From: Solirubrobacteraceae bacterium
Lineage (GTDB): Bacteria; Actinomycetota; Thermoleophilia; Solirubrobacterales; Solirubrobacteraceae
DNA length: 64,000 nucleotides
Assembly (NCBI GenBank): GCA_036271095.1
Contig: DATBBG010000060.1
Location: 16,253-80,252 of the forward strand
Direction of reading: 5' to 3'
Part shown: positions 1 to 7,892 of the stretch, piece by piece
How the letters are laid out: each line of letters starts with the position of its first letter
How positions within the stretch are numbered: the first letter of the stretch is position 1
The notes under the pieces: generated by a model
Database searches by the model: none
Seen by the model: the letters and a program-made list of their open reading frames with translations, nothing else
What the model was told of the DNA's origin: nothing
Program-made: the position numbers and the translations under genes

Positions 1-597
1 ACGGAGACGGTCGGTCTGCGCGAGCGCAACAAGCTGCGCCGCCGCGAGCGGATCACCGATGCGGCATTGCGACTATTCGCCGAGCGCGGCTTCGACGGCG
101 TGACGATCGACGAGATCGCCGACGCGGCTGAGGTCTCGCGGCGCACGTTCTTCCGCTACTTCGCGCGCAAGGAGGACGTGATCGTCGCCTGGAAGCAGCA
201 GATGGCCGATCAGCTGCGTACGGCGCTCGCCGAGCGCCCGGACGACGAGCAGCCGCTCGACGCCGTGCGCGGCGCGCTGGCAACGGTGACGGCCGGCTAC
301 GCCGAGCGCCCCGAGCTGACGCTCGGCCTGATGCGCCTGTTCGAAGGAGGCCCGACGCTGCGAGTCGACGCCGACTACGAGGACTGGGACACAGTGCTCG
401 CGGACGGGATCGCGCGACGGATGGGTCTCGACGCGGCGCGCGATCCGGCGCCGCGGCTGATCGCCGGCGTCGGCTTCGCCGTGTTGACGGCGACGATCGA
501 GACTTGGGCGGCCGGCGGCGGCGGCGGGGATCTCCTCGCGCTGCTCGACAGCGGCTTCGCGGAGCTGCGGCGGCTGACGGCGGTCCCGGGCGCATGA
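1..597 (+). CDS. TetR/AcrR family transcriptional regulator (5' end truncated by the window)
   Basis: Frame 1 is open from base 1: TETVGLRERNKLRRRERITDAALRLFAERGFDGVTIDEIADAAEVSRRTFFRYF, a TetR HTH. Confidence 0.93.
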   Translation, partial: TETVGLRERNKLRRRERITDAALRLFAERGFDGVTIDEIADAAEVSRRTFFRYFARKEDVIVAWKQQMADQLRTALAERPDDEQPLDAVRGALATVTAGYAERPELTLGLMRLFEGGPTLRVDADYEDWDTVLADGIARRMGLDAARDPAPRLIAGVGFAVLTATIETWAAGGGGGDLLALLDSGFAELRRLTAVPGA

Positions 598-1406
598 ACG
601 ACTCGACCTCGCGAACGACTCGACCTCGCGGCAGCCTCGGCGCTCGTTTGCGCGCGCGTCGCGTCGGGTATCAGATCAGCGTGCGGCGAACGCGCTTGGA
701 GCGACCCAGGAGGTACGCGGCGTGCGCGATTCCGGCGCTGGCGCTGGCGCTGGCGTTGGCGTTCGGCTTGCCTGCCGGCTCTGCGAGCGCTGCGTCACCG
801 GCGCCGAGCCCTGGTTGCCCGCCGGCGTCATCGACTCCGCTAGCCGCTCCGCCGCAAAGCCCGCCGCCAGCCGAAGCGACCGCGCCGCCGCCGCCGGCCG
901 CCGAAGCGCTGATCGCGTGCATCGCGACGGCGCCGATTCTCGGGGTGACTCTTGCCCACTGGACGGCCGTCGCCGAACACGAGGCCACACCGGCCGGGAA
1001 GGCGTCGGCGGCCGCAACGGCCGAAACCGCGCCGGCCGAGCAAGCGCTCAGCTTCCTGATCTCCTCCGATTGGGTTCTCGGCGAAGCGCGAGCGCTCGGC
1101 ATCCACATCTCCACGGCGCAGGTGCGACGCTCCTACGACCGGATTCGCGCGCAGCAGTTTCACAAGCTCAGCCAGTTCCACGCCTTCCTGCGCAGCAGTG
1201 GCGAGACGGTCGCCGACCTCTTGTTTCGAGTGCGCCTGAACGTGACGTCGAACCGGGTCCAGCGCCACTTCGAGCTCGGTCATGGCAGCGCGAAGCAGAA
1301 GGGGCGGGCGCTCGCGCGGTTCGTCGTGCAGTTCAAAGGCAAGTGGCGCGCGCGGACGTACTGCGCGGCGGCGTACCTCGTCAGCGACTGCGGCAACAGT
1401 TTCTAG
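594..1406 (+). CDS. Secreted SurA/PrsA N-terminal-domain-like protein without a recognisable PPIase domain (start uncertain, may be near 681)
   Basis: Signal-peptide-like ALALALALAFGLPAGSASA, Pro-rich linker, then LSFLISSDWVLGEA..GIHIS..QV..F..FL..SGETVADLLFRVRL and FKGKWRARTYC..DC, resembling PrsA-type chaperone helices. Confidence 0.6.
   Translation: MNDSTSRTTRPRGSLGARLRARRVGYQISVRRTRLERPRRYAACAIPALALALALAFGLPAGSASAASPAPSPGCPPASSTPLAAPPQSPPPAEATAPPPPAAEALIACIATAPILGVTLAHWTAVAEHEATPAGKASAAATAETAPAEQALSFLISSDWVLGEARALGIHISTAQVRRSYDRIRAQQFHKLSQFHAFLRSSGETVADLLFRVRLNVTSNRVQRHFELGHGSAKQKGRALARFVVQFKGKWRARTYCAAAYLVSDCGNSF
597..630 (+). repeat. 17-bp tandem duplication (aacgactcgacctcgcg x2)
   Basis: Exact copies at 597-613 and 614-630. 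Confidence 0.9.
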
Positions 1407-1447
1407 GGCGGCGCTGGCCGGCGCATCGCGGGCGTTACGCTGGCGCG

Positions 1448-1876
1448 ATGAGCGCGCAGCAGCCGACCGCCGAGCAGCCGCTGACCGGCCGCTGCGCCTG
1501 CGGCACGGTCCACTTCTCTGTCAGCGCGCCGTTCGAAGCAGCGCGCTACTGCCACTGCCACAACTGCCAGCGGCGCACGGGCACGTCGTCCTCGCCGAAC
1601 GCGCGCGTCGCAGCCGGCGCATTCACGATCTCGCGAGGCGAAGAGGCGCTGCGCGCTTGGCAGCCGCAGGGCGGGCAGGCGAAGTGGTACTGCGCCGAGT
1701 GCGGCGGCCACCTGTTCAGCCGACCGGATGACGGCAAGCACGTCTACGTGCGGATGGGCGCGCTCGACGCCGACCCGGGAATCCGCCCGGAATACCGCCA
1801 GTGGGTCAGCTCGGCGGCGCCTTGGGAGCCGATCCCCGACGACGGCCTGCCGCGTTTCGACGGCGCCGGTTCGTAG
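1448..1876 (+). CDS. GFA family (glutathione-dependent formaldehyde-activating/CENP-V) Zn-binding protein
   Basis: GRCACG, CHCHNCQR and YCAECGGHLF motifs; ATG 1448 follows a TACGCT -10 element. Confidence 0.9.
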   Translation: MSAQQPTAEQPLTGRCACGTVHFSVSAPFEAARYCHCHNCQRRTGTSSSPNARVAAGAFTISRGEEALRAWQPQGGQAKWYCAECGGHLFSRPDDGKHVYVRMGALDADPGIRPEYRQWVSSAAPWEPIPDDGLPRFDGAGS

Positions 1877-1941
1877 CGCAGGAGTCGCCGGTCGCGACGC
1901 ATTCGAGCGCGTCGCGCTCGCCTGTCAGTAGCTTGGACGCG

Positions 1942-2886
1942 ATGAGTCAGGCGAACGCAGGCGCGAACGCAGGCGCGGGCGCGGATCACCGGCGCGGCCA
2001 GGCCTACGCGCTCGGCGCCGCGCTGGCGTGGTCGACCGGCGGCATCCTCCAGCGCCAGGTCGCTGCCGGCGCCGCCGATCAGATCGTCGGGCGCGCGATC
2101 TTCGCTTTCGTCGCCGTGCTCGCATTCGTGCGGATCGGCGAAGGCGTCGAGCTGCGCGTGGCGCTGCGCTCGGTCTGCAACGTGCCGGGGCTGCTCGTCG
2201 CGGCCGGCATCGCCGTCGCCTCGGCGAGCTTCATCGTCGCGCTCAACCACACGAGCGTCGCGCACGTGCTCGTGATCCAGGCGGTCACGCCGATCCTCGC
2301 CGGGCTGTTTGCGTTCTGGGCGCTGCGCGAGCCACTGTCGGCGTGGACGTGCGCGGCGATGGCGCTGGCCGTGATCGGCATCGGCGTGATGGTCGGCGTG
2401 CCGAACGGAGGCAGCGCGCTCGGCGAGAGCATGGCGTTCGTCTCGCCGCTGTCGTTCGCCGTCGTGATCGTGATCGCGCGGCGCCATCGCAGCGTCTCGA
2501 TGACGCCGGCGACGGCGCTCGCGCAGCTGATGCTCGTGGTCTGTGTGCTGCCGTTCGTGCACGCCGGCCAGCTGCACGCGGCCGACGTCGGCTGGCTGGC
2601 GCTGCTCGGGCTCGGCCAGCAGGGCTTCGGGCTCGTCTTCTTCACGATCGGCGCGCGCCTGATCCCGGCTGCTGCGATGGGCCTGATCCTGCTGCTCGAG
2701 TCGGTGCTCGGCGTCGTCTGGGGCTGGCTCGGGACGAGCGAAGGGCCGAACCTGCCGACGGTGCTCGGCGGCCTGATTGTGCTCGGTGCGGTCGCGCTGA
2801 AGCTGCGCGACGACAACCGCCGCCTCGGCCGGGCGGCTGCCGAGTCGCAGACGGCGCTCGCGGCTGCCGCGGTCCGCGAGGTCTGA
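1942..2886 (+). CDS. EamA/DMT family transporter
   Basis: About 10 hydrophobic segments in two repeats; LLESVLGVVWGWL..E.P...LGGLIVL typical of EamA. Confidence 0.88.
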   Translation: MSQANAGANAGAGADHRRGQAYALGAALAWSTGGILQRQVAAGAADQIVGRAIFAFVAVLAFVRIGEGVELRVALRSVCNVPGLLVAAGIAVASASFIVALNHTSVAHVLVIQAVTPILAGLFAFWALREPLSAWTCAAMALAVIGIGVMVGVPNGGSALGESMAFVSPLSFAVVIVIARRHRSVSMTPATALAQLMLVVCVLPFVHAGQLHAADVGWLALLGLGQQGFGLVFFTIGARLIPAAAMGLILLLESVLGVVWGWLGTSEGPNLPTVLGGLIVLGAVALKLRDDNRRLGRAAAESQTALAAAAVREV

Positions 2887-2891
2887 CCTTC

Positions 2892-2912
2892 TATAATGCT
2901 TGCTGGCAAGCA
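2892..2912 (+). promoter_or_regulatory. Consensus -10 box overlapped by a perfect inverted repeat (probable MarR operator)
   Basis: TATAAT 2892-2897; TGCTTGC-TG-GCAAGCA 2897-2912; directly upstream of marR-MFS. Confidence 0.75.
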
Positions 2913-2942
2913 AGTAATTTACGAAGATCAGGAGTGCCGGTC

Positions 2943-3440
2943 GTGGGCAGAGCAGCGCAGGGCACACTTACGACGAGCGAGGAGCAGTCACTCGCGCGTT
3001 CGAGCGGCGAGCTCGAGCCGACTGCGCGACTGCGAGCGGCGGTCGGCCGCCTCTCGCGCCGCCTGCGCCCGACGGTCGCCGGCTCGGGGCTGACGCCGTC
3101 GCAGACGTCGGTGCTGTTCACGATCGTGCGCAGCGGGCCGCTGCGGCTGTCTGACGTCGCCGAGCTCGAGGCGCTGAACCCGACGATGCTCTCGCGCTTC
3201 ATCGGCCAGCTGACCGACGCCGGGCTGATCCGCCGCACGGCAGACCCGGGCGACCGCCGCGCGGCGCTCGTCGAGGCGACGTCGCAGGGCCGGCGACTGC
3301 GCGAGCGGATCCATCGCGAGCGCACGCGCGCGCTGGAAACGTACGTCGACGAGCTCGACGAGTCTCAGCGCGAGATCTTGTGGCGGGCGCTGCCGGTGCT
3401 CGAGGAGCTCGCCGAGCGGCTGCCGGCGAGACGGCCATGA
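2943..3440 (+). CDS. MarR family transcriptional regulator
   Basis: LTPSQTSVLFTI..GPLRLSDVAELEALNPTMLSRFIGQL..GLIRR..DPGDRRA; AGGAG RBS 8 nt before GTG 2943. Confidence 0.92.
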   Translation: MGRAAQGTLTTSEEQSLARSSGELEPTARLRAAVGRLSRRLRPTVAGSGLTPSQTSVLFTIVRSGPLRLSDVAELEALNPTMLSRFIGQLTDAGLIRRTADPGDRRAALVEATSQGRRLRERIHRERTRALETYVDELDESQREILWRALPVLEELAERLPARRP

Positions 3441-4720
3441 CGCGGCTGATCGGCGCTCGCCGCGCGGAGCGCGTGATCGGCGCTTGGCAGACGACGTTCG
3501 CGGCGTTCTCGATTCCGAACTACCGCCGCTACATCTCTGGGCAGTCGGTCTCGCTGATCGGCACGTGGATGCAGATGGCTGCGCAGTCGTGGCTGGTGCT
3601 GACGATCACCGGCTCCTCGGCGACGCTCGGGTTGATCGTCGCGCTGCAGACGCTGCCGGTGCTGCTGCTCGGCCCCTACGGCGGCGTGATCGCCGATCGC
3701 GTCGACAAGCTGCGGCTGATGCGCATCCTGCAGGTCGCGATGGGCGTGCAGGCGCTCGTGCTCGGCGTGCTGACGGTGACCGGCTCGGTGCGGCTGTGGG
3801 AGATCGGCGTGCTGGCGGCGCTGCTCGGGCTGAACAACGCCTTCGAGAACCCCGCACGCCAGTCGTTCATGCTCGAGATGGTCGGGCCGGAGAACTTGCG
3901 CAACGCCGTCAGCCTCAACTCGGTGCTCGTCAACGTCGCGCGCGTGATCGGCCCGGCAGTCGCCGGCATCCTGATCGCGACGGTAGGCGAGGGCGTCTGC
4001 TTCCTCGTCAACGCGGCCAGCTTCGTCGCGGTCGTCGTGTCGTTGAGCATGCTCGACCGCAGCGCGATCACGCCGAGCCCGCCGAGCGGGCGGCGGCCGG
4101 GACAGCTGCGCGAAGGGCTGCGCTACATCCGCCGCTCGCCGGAGCTGGCGGTGCCGCTGATGATGATGGCTCTTGCCGGCGCGCTCGCCTACGAGTTCCA
4201 AGTGACGCTGCCGGTGATGGCGCGCCAGGCGCTGCACGCGGGCGCGACCGGCTACGGCTTCATGACGGCGGCGATGGGCGTCGGCGCGGTCGTCGGCGGG
4301 CTGTTCGTCGCGGCGAAAGGACGCACCGGCGTCGCCGCGCTGGTGCTCGCCGCGAGCGGCTTCGGCGTCGTGCTGCTGCTCGCGAGCGTTGCGCCGAACC
4401 TGCCGACTGAGATCGTCGCGCTGGCGTTCGTCGGCGGCGCAAGCATCTCGTTCATGTCGACCGGCAACTCGACGCTGCAGCTGACGGCCGCGCCGGACAT
4501 GCGCGGCCGCGTGATGTCGCTGTGGTTCGTCGCCTTCCAGGGCTCGACGCCGATCGGCGCGCCGATCATCGGTTGGGTGATGGCGGCTGCGGGCGCGCGC
4601 GCCGGTCTCGGCGTCGGCGGGATCACGTGCCTGCTCGTCGCGCTGCTCGGCCTGCTCGCGCTGCGCCGTCTGCACCCGGGCGAGCTGCGCTCGAAGCTCG
4701 CGCTCGGGGCCGGCGGCTAG
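3437..4720 (+). CDS. MFS transporter (MFS_3/DHA3-like)
   Basis: NYRRY.SGQSVSLIGTWMQ, GGVIADRVDK motif A, PDMRGRVMS; ATGA overlap with marR. Confidence 0.92.
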   Translation: MTRLIGARRAERVIGAWQTTFAAFSIPNYRRYISGQSVSLIGTWMQMAAQSWLVLTITGSSATLGLIVALQTLPVLLLGPYGGVIADRVDKLRLMRILQVAMGVQALVLGVLTVTGSVRLWEIGVLAALLGLNNAFENPARQSFMLEMVGPENLRNAVSLNSVLVNVARVIGPAVAGILIATVGEGVCFLVNAASFVAVVVSLSMLDRSAITPSPPSGRRPGQLREGLRYIRRSPELAVPLMMMALAGALAYEFQVTLPVMARQALHAGATGYGFMTAAMGVGAVVGGLFVAAKGRTGVAALVLAASGFGVVLLLASVAPNLPTEIVALAFVGGASISFMSTGNSTLQLTAAPDMRGRVMSLWFVAFQGSTPIGAPIIGWVMAAAGARAGLGVGGITCLLVALLGLLALRRLHPGELRSKLALGAGG

Positions 4721-5430
4721 TTGGCGCCGAGCACCTTGAAGTCCTGGCTGACGAAGACGTGATGCGGCCAGTTGACGCCGATGTTGTGGACCTCGTACTC
4801 GCCGTTGCTCAGCTTCACGACACGGTCGACGACGCCTCCCGGGTAGGCGGCCAAGGCAGCTTCAGTCGCTTTGCTCGCGGCCGTTCCCCTGACGATCGTG
4901 CCCGAGCCCTCGCTGTAGCTCGCAGGGATCTGACCGGCCTGCTTCGACGTCGACTGCGAGCCGCGCTGGAAGGGGACGACTTCTGCCGCCGTGGAAGTCT
5001 CAGGCTCGCCGGCCGGTTGCACGACGACCTTGCCGGCCGTGATCGTCGTTCCACTGGTTGTCCCGAGCACGAGCACGCTCGCGCCCTTCTTGACGACACT
5101 CGCCGAGCTCGAGCTCGTCCCCTTGTCGTACTTGGTCGCGGACGCCTTCTTCACGGTCACCTTCTGACCCGCTGACGTCGTCAGCGTGAAGCTCGACTCA
5201 GAGACGCTTGAGACCGTGCCGGACGATCCGCCTGCGGCCGGTCCAGAGCGAGCGTTGGATCCTCCGCCGCGCGCACCGGGTCGGGCTGACGGTGATGAGG
5301 CTGTCGTCGCTGTCGTCGCCGGGCTAGAGCCGGTGCTGGCGGTTGCGCTGACGATGCCGTAAGTACCGCCGCCGATCGCGAGCGCCGTGGCGCCGATTGC
5401 GATCGACCTGGTGAATCTGCGGGAGAACAT
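4717..5430 (-). CDS. Secreted/anchored protein with a DUF5666-like beta domain and a C-terminal PepSY-like domain
   Basis: Signal/TM (MFSRRFTRSIAIGATALAIGGG), GTVSSVSESSFTLTT..GQKVTV...T.Y...VKKG..VLV.G, and C-terminal ATEAALAAYPGGVVDRVVKLSNGEYEVH. Confidence 0.65.
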   Translation of the reverse strand: MFSRRFTRSIAIGATALAIGGGTYGIVSATASTGSSPATTATTASSPSARPGARGGGSNARSGPAAGGSSGTVSSVSESSFTLTTSAGQKVTVKKASATKYDKGTSSSSASVVKKGASVLVLGTTSGTTITAGKVVVQPAGEPETSTAAEVVPFQRGSQSTSKQAGQIPASYSEGSGTIVRGTAASKATEAALAAYPGGVVDRVVKLSNGEYEVHNIGVNWPHHVFVSQDFKVLGAN

Positions 5431-5488
5431 GGACTGATCCCTTCCGTCTCTTCGATCTTGTCTGTGTATCTCACGATGCGCGAAAGTC

Positions 5489-5527
5489 CTAAGAATCGCC
5501 TGATACGGACATAAGAGATTGCTGTGA
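5489..5527 (-). promoter_or_regulatory. Four hexamers at exact 11-bp spacing (OmpR-family/MprA-PhoP-type box array)
   Basis: Minus strand reads TCACAG-N5-TCTTAT-N5-TATCAG-N5-TCTTAG (plus-strand starts 5522, 5511, 5500, 5489), upstream of 4717..5430. Confidence 0.6.
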
Positions 5528-5575
5528 ACGTGTTCCAACGGCTTAGCTTCCTCTCGCCGCTAGCGTGTCCGGGCG

Positions 5576-6355
5576 ATGAGCGAGATCGAGTTCCTCGGCG
5601 CGCTGCACGTCGAGCTGCTGCGCCACGCCGAGCTGCACGCCGAACGCCCGGCGCACGAGCTGTTTCAGACCTCGACCGTGCAGGCGCTGCTCGGCGGCGC
5701 CTACGACGGCGACGTGACGCTCGCCGAGGTGCTCGAGCACGGCGACCTCGGCCTCGGCACGCTCGACGGGCTCGACGGCGAGCTGATCGTGCTCGGCGGC
5801 GAGGCGTGGAAGGCGCAGCTCGACTGCACGCTCGTGCGCGTCGACGGTGAGGCGAAGACGCCGTATGCCGTCGTCGTGCCGTTCTCGCCGGGCGAGCCGC
5901 AGGCGCTGCTCGGCCCGTTCGGCGAGGCCGAGCTGGAAGCACGGCTCGGCGAGGCGGTGACGGGCGCGAGCCGCCCGACGGCGGTGCGGCTCGACGGGCG
6001 CTTTGCCGAAGTGCACGTGCGCTCGGTGCCGCGCCAGTCGCCGCCGTACCGGCCGCTCGCGGAGGTGATCTCACAGCAGCAGATCAGCGTGCTGAAGGAC
6101 GTCGTCGGCACGATGGTCGGCTTCTGCTTCCCGGACGCGCTCGACGGGATCGAGATGGCAGGCGCGCACCTGCACTTCCTCAGCGACGATCGCACGCGCG
6201 GTGGGCACGTGCTCAGCTACACGCTGCTGCAGGCCGTCGCGCGGCTCGACGCAGCCAGCGGCCTGCACGTCGAGCTGCCGGCGGCAGTCGCGCCGCCGCG
6301 CCACGGCGCGAGCGTCGACGAGGGCGCGCTGCAGCAGATCGAGCACGACCGCTGA
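5576..6355 (+). CDS. budA: Alpha-acetolactate decarboxylase
   Basis: LFQTST..ALL.G.YDGD....E...HGDLGLGT..GLDGE, RSVP.Q.PPY, and Zn-binding HLHF....R..GGHV. Confidence 0.92.
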   Translation: MSEIEFLGALHVELLRHAELHAERPAHELFQTSTVQALLGGAYDGDVTLAEVLEHGDLGLGTLDGLDGELIVLGGEAWKAQLDCTLVRVDGEAKTPYAVVVPFSPGEPQALLGPFGEAELEARLGEAVTGASRPTAVRLDGRFAEVHVRSVPRQSPPYRPLAEVISQQQISVLKDVVGTMVGFCFPDALDGIEMAGAHLHFLSDDRTRGGHVLSYTLLQAVARLDAASGLHVELPAAVAPPRHGASVDEGALQQIEHDR

Positions 6356-6469
6356 GCGGGCGGCCGTGCGCATTCGGCGCGCGTGCGCCGCGACAGCGCC
6401 GTACCACGTGCCGACGAGGGCGGACGCGCGGCTCGTCGCGCGCCGCGTGGCGGTGCTAATACTGCACGC

Positions 6470-7522
6470 ATGCCGTACGACGCCGAGCTCGGCCCAACGC
6501 GCTACGTAGCGGCGGAGCAGCGCTACGAGTCGATGCAGTACCGCCGCTGCGGGCGCAGCGGGCTGCAGTTGCCGGCGATCTCGCTCGGGCTGTGGCAGAA
6601 CTTCGGCGACGACTTCCCGCTGCAGAACAGCCGCGCGATCCTGCGGCGAGCGTTCGACCTCGGCATCACGCACTTCGACCTGGCGAACAACTACGGCCCG
6701 CCGTACGGAAGCGCCGAGAAGAACTTCGGGCGGATCTTCGCCGAGGACTTCGCTGCCTATCGCGACGAGCTCGTGATCTCGACGAAGGCCGGCTGGGACA
6801 TGTGGCCCGGCCCTTACGGCGAGTGGGGCTCACGCAAGTACCTGCTCGCGAGCCTCGATCAGAGCCTCGCGCGGATGGGACTGGAGTACGTCGACATCTT
6901 CTACTCGCACCGCTTCGACCCGGACACGCCGCTGCGCGAGACGATGGGCGCGCTCGACCACGCTGTGCGCAGCGGCAAGGCGCGCTACGTCGGCATCTCC
7001 TCATACGGGCCTCAGCGGACCAGAGAAGCGGTCGACGTGCTGCGCGAGCTCGGCACGCCGCTGCTGATCCATCAGCCGTCCTACTCGATGTTCAACCGCT
7101 GGATCGAGGACGAGCTGCTCGACGTGCTCGAGCGCACCGGCGTCGGCGCGATCGTCTTCTCGCCGCTCGCGCAGGGGCTGCTGACCGACCGCTATCTCGA
7201 CGGCGTCGGCGAGGACTCGCGCGTCAGGCGCGGCAACTACTTCGACGAGCAGCTGCTCAGCGAGCAGAACCTGCAGCGCGCTCGCGCGCTCAACGAGATC
7301 GCGCAGCGCCGCTCCCAGACGCTCGCGCAGCTGGCGATCGCCTGGGCGCTGCGCGACGAGCGCGTCAGCTCGGCGCTGCTCGGCGCGAGCAGCGTGAGCC
7401 AGCTCGAGCAGAACGTCGCGGCGCTCCAGAATCGCGAGTTCGACGCTGAGGAGCTCGCCGAGATCGACCGCTACGCGCAGGACGGCGCGATCAACCTGTG
7501 GGCGCAGTCGAGCGAGGCATGA
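6470..7522 (+). CDS. Aldo/keto reductase, L-glyceraldehyde 3-phosphate reductase (YghZ/Gpr-like)
   Basis: YRRCGRSGLQLPAISLGLWQNFG, GITHFDLANNYGPPYGSAE, ISTKAG.DMWPGPYGEWGSRKY. Confidence 0.93.
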   Translation: MPYDAELGPTRYVAAEQRYESMQYRRCGRSGLQLPAISLGLWQNFGDDFPLQNSRAILRRAFDLGITHFDLANNYGPPYGSAEKNFGRIFAEDFAAYRDELVISTKAGWDMWPGPYGEWGSRKYLLASLDQSLARMGLEYVDIFYSHRFDPDTPLRETMGALDHAVRSGKARYVGISSYGPQRTREAVDVLRELGTPLLIHQPSYSMFNRWIEDELLDVLERTGVGAIVFSPLAQGLLTDRYLDGVGEDSRVRRGNYFDEQLLSEQNLQRARALNEIAQRRSQTLAQLAIAWALRDERVSSALLGASSVSQLEQNVAALQNREFDAEELAEIDRYAQDGAINLWAQSSEA

Positions 7523-7881
7523 GCGATACGCTCTCTCGCGTGGAGTCCGCCGCGCACGCGACCGTCCGACTGCCGCCGACGGCGCCGGTCGCGGCCGCGT
7601 CGCTGATCGCCGGCTACGCCGTAGCTGCCGGCACCGGCTCGCGGCCGCTCGGCGGCCTCGTGCTCGCCGCCGGCGGGCTGTGGTGCATTCGCGAGTGGTC
7701 GCGACGCAACGACACGCGCACGGCCGTGATCCTCGGCTGCGCCGGGCTGGCAGCGTTCGTCGTCTCGCATGTGCTCGCGCTGGCGATCGGCGCATGGCCG
7801 GCGGTGCTGCTCGTCGCCGCGGCGATGGCGATCGCCGCGTGGCTGCGCGCCGACGCTCGCGCGCCGGCGCTGACCACGTAG
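7519..7881 (+). CDS. Small membrane protein (about 4 TM), function unknown
   Basis: Hydrophobic ORF with ATGA overlap to the AKR stop codon. Confidence 0.7.
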   Translation: MSDTLSRVESAAHATVRLPPTAPVAAASLIAGYAVAAGTGSRPLGGLVLAAGGLWCIREWSRRNDTRTAVILGCAGLAAFVVSHVLALAIGAWPAVLLVAAAMAIAAWLRADARAPALTT

Positions 7882-7892
7882 CGCCTCGCTCG

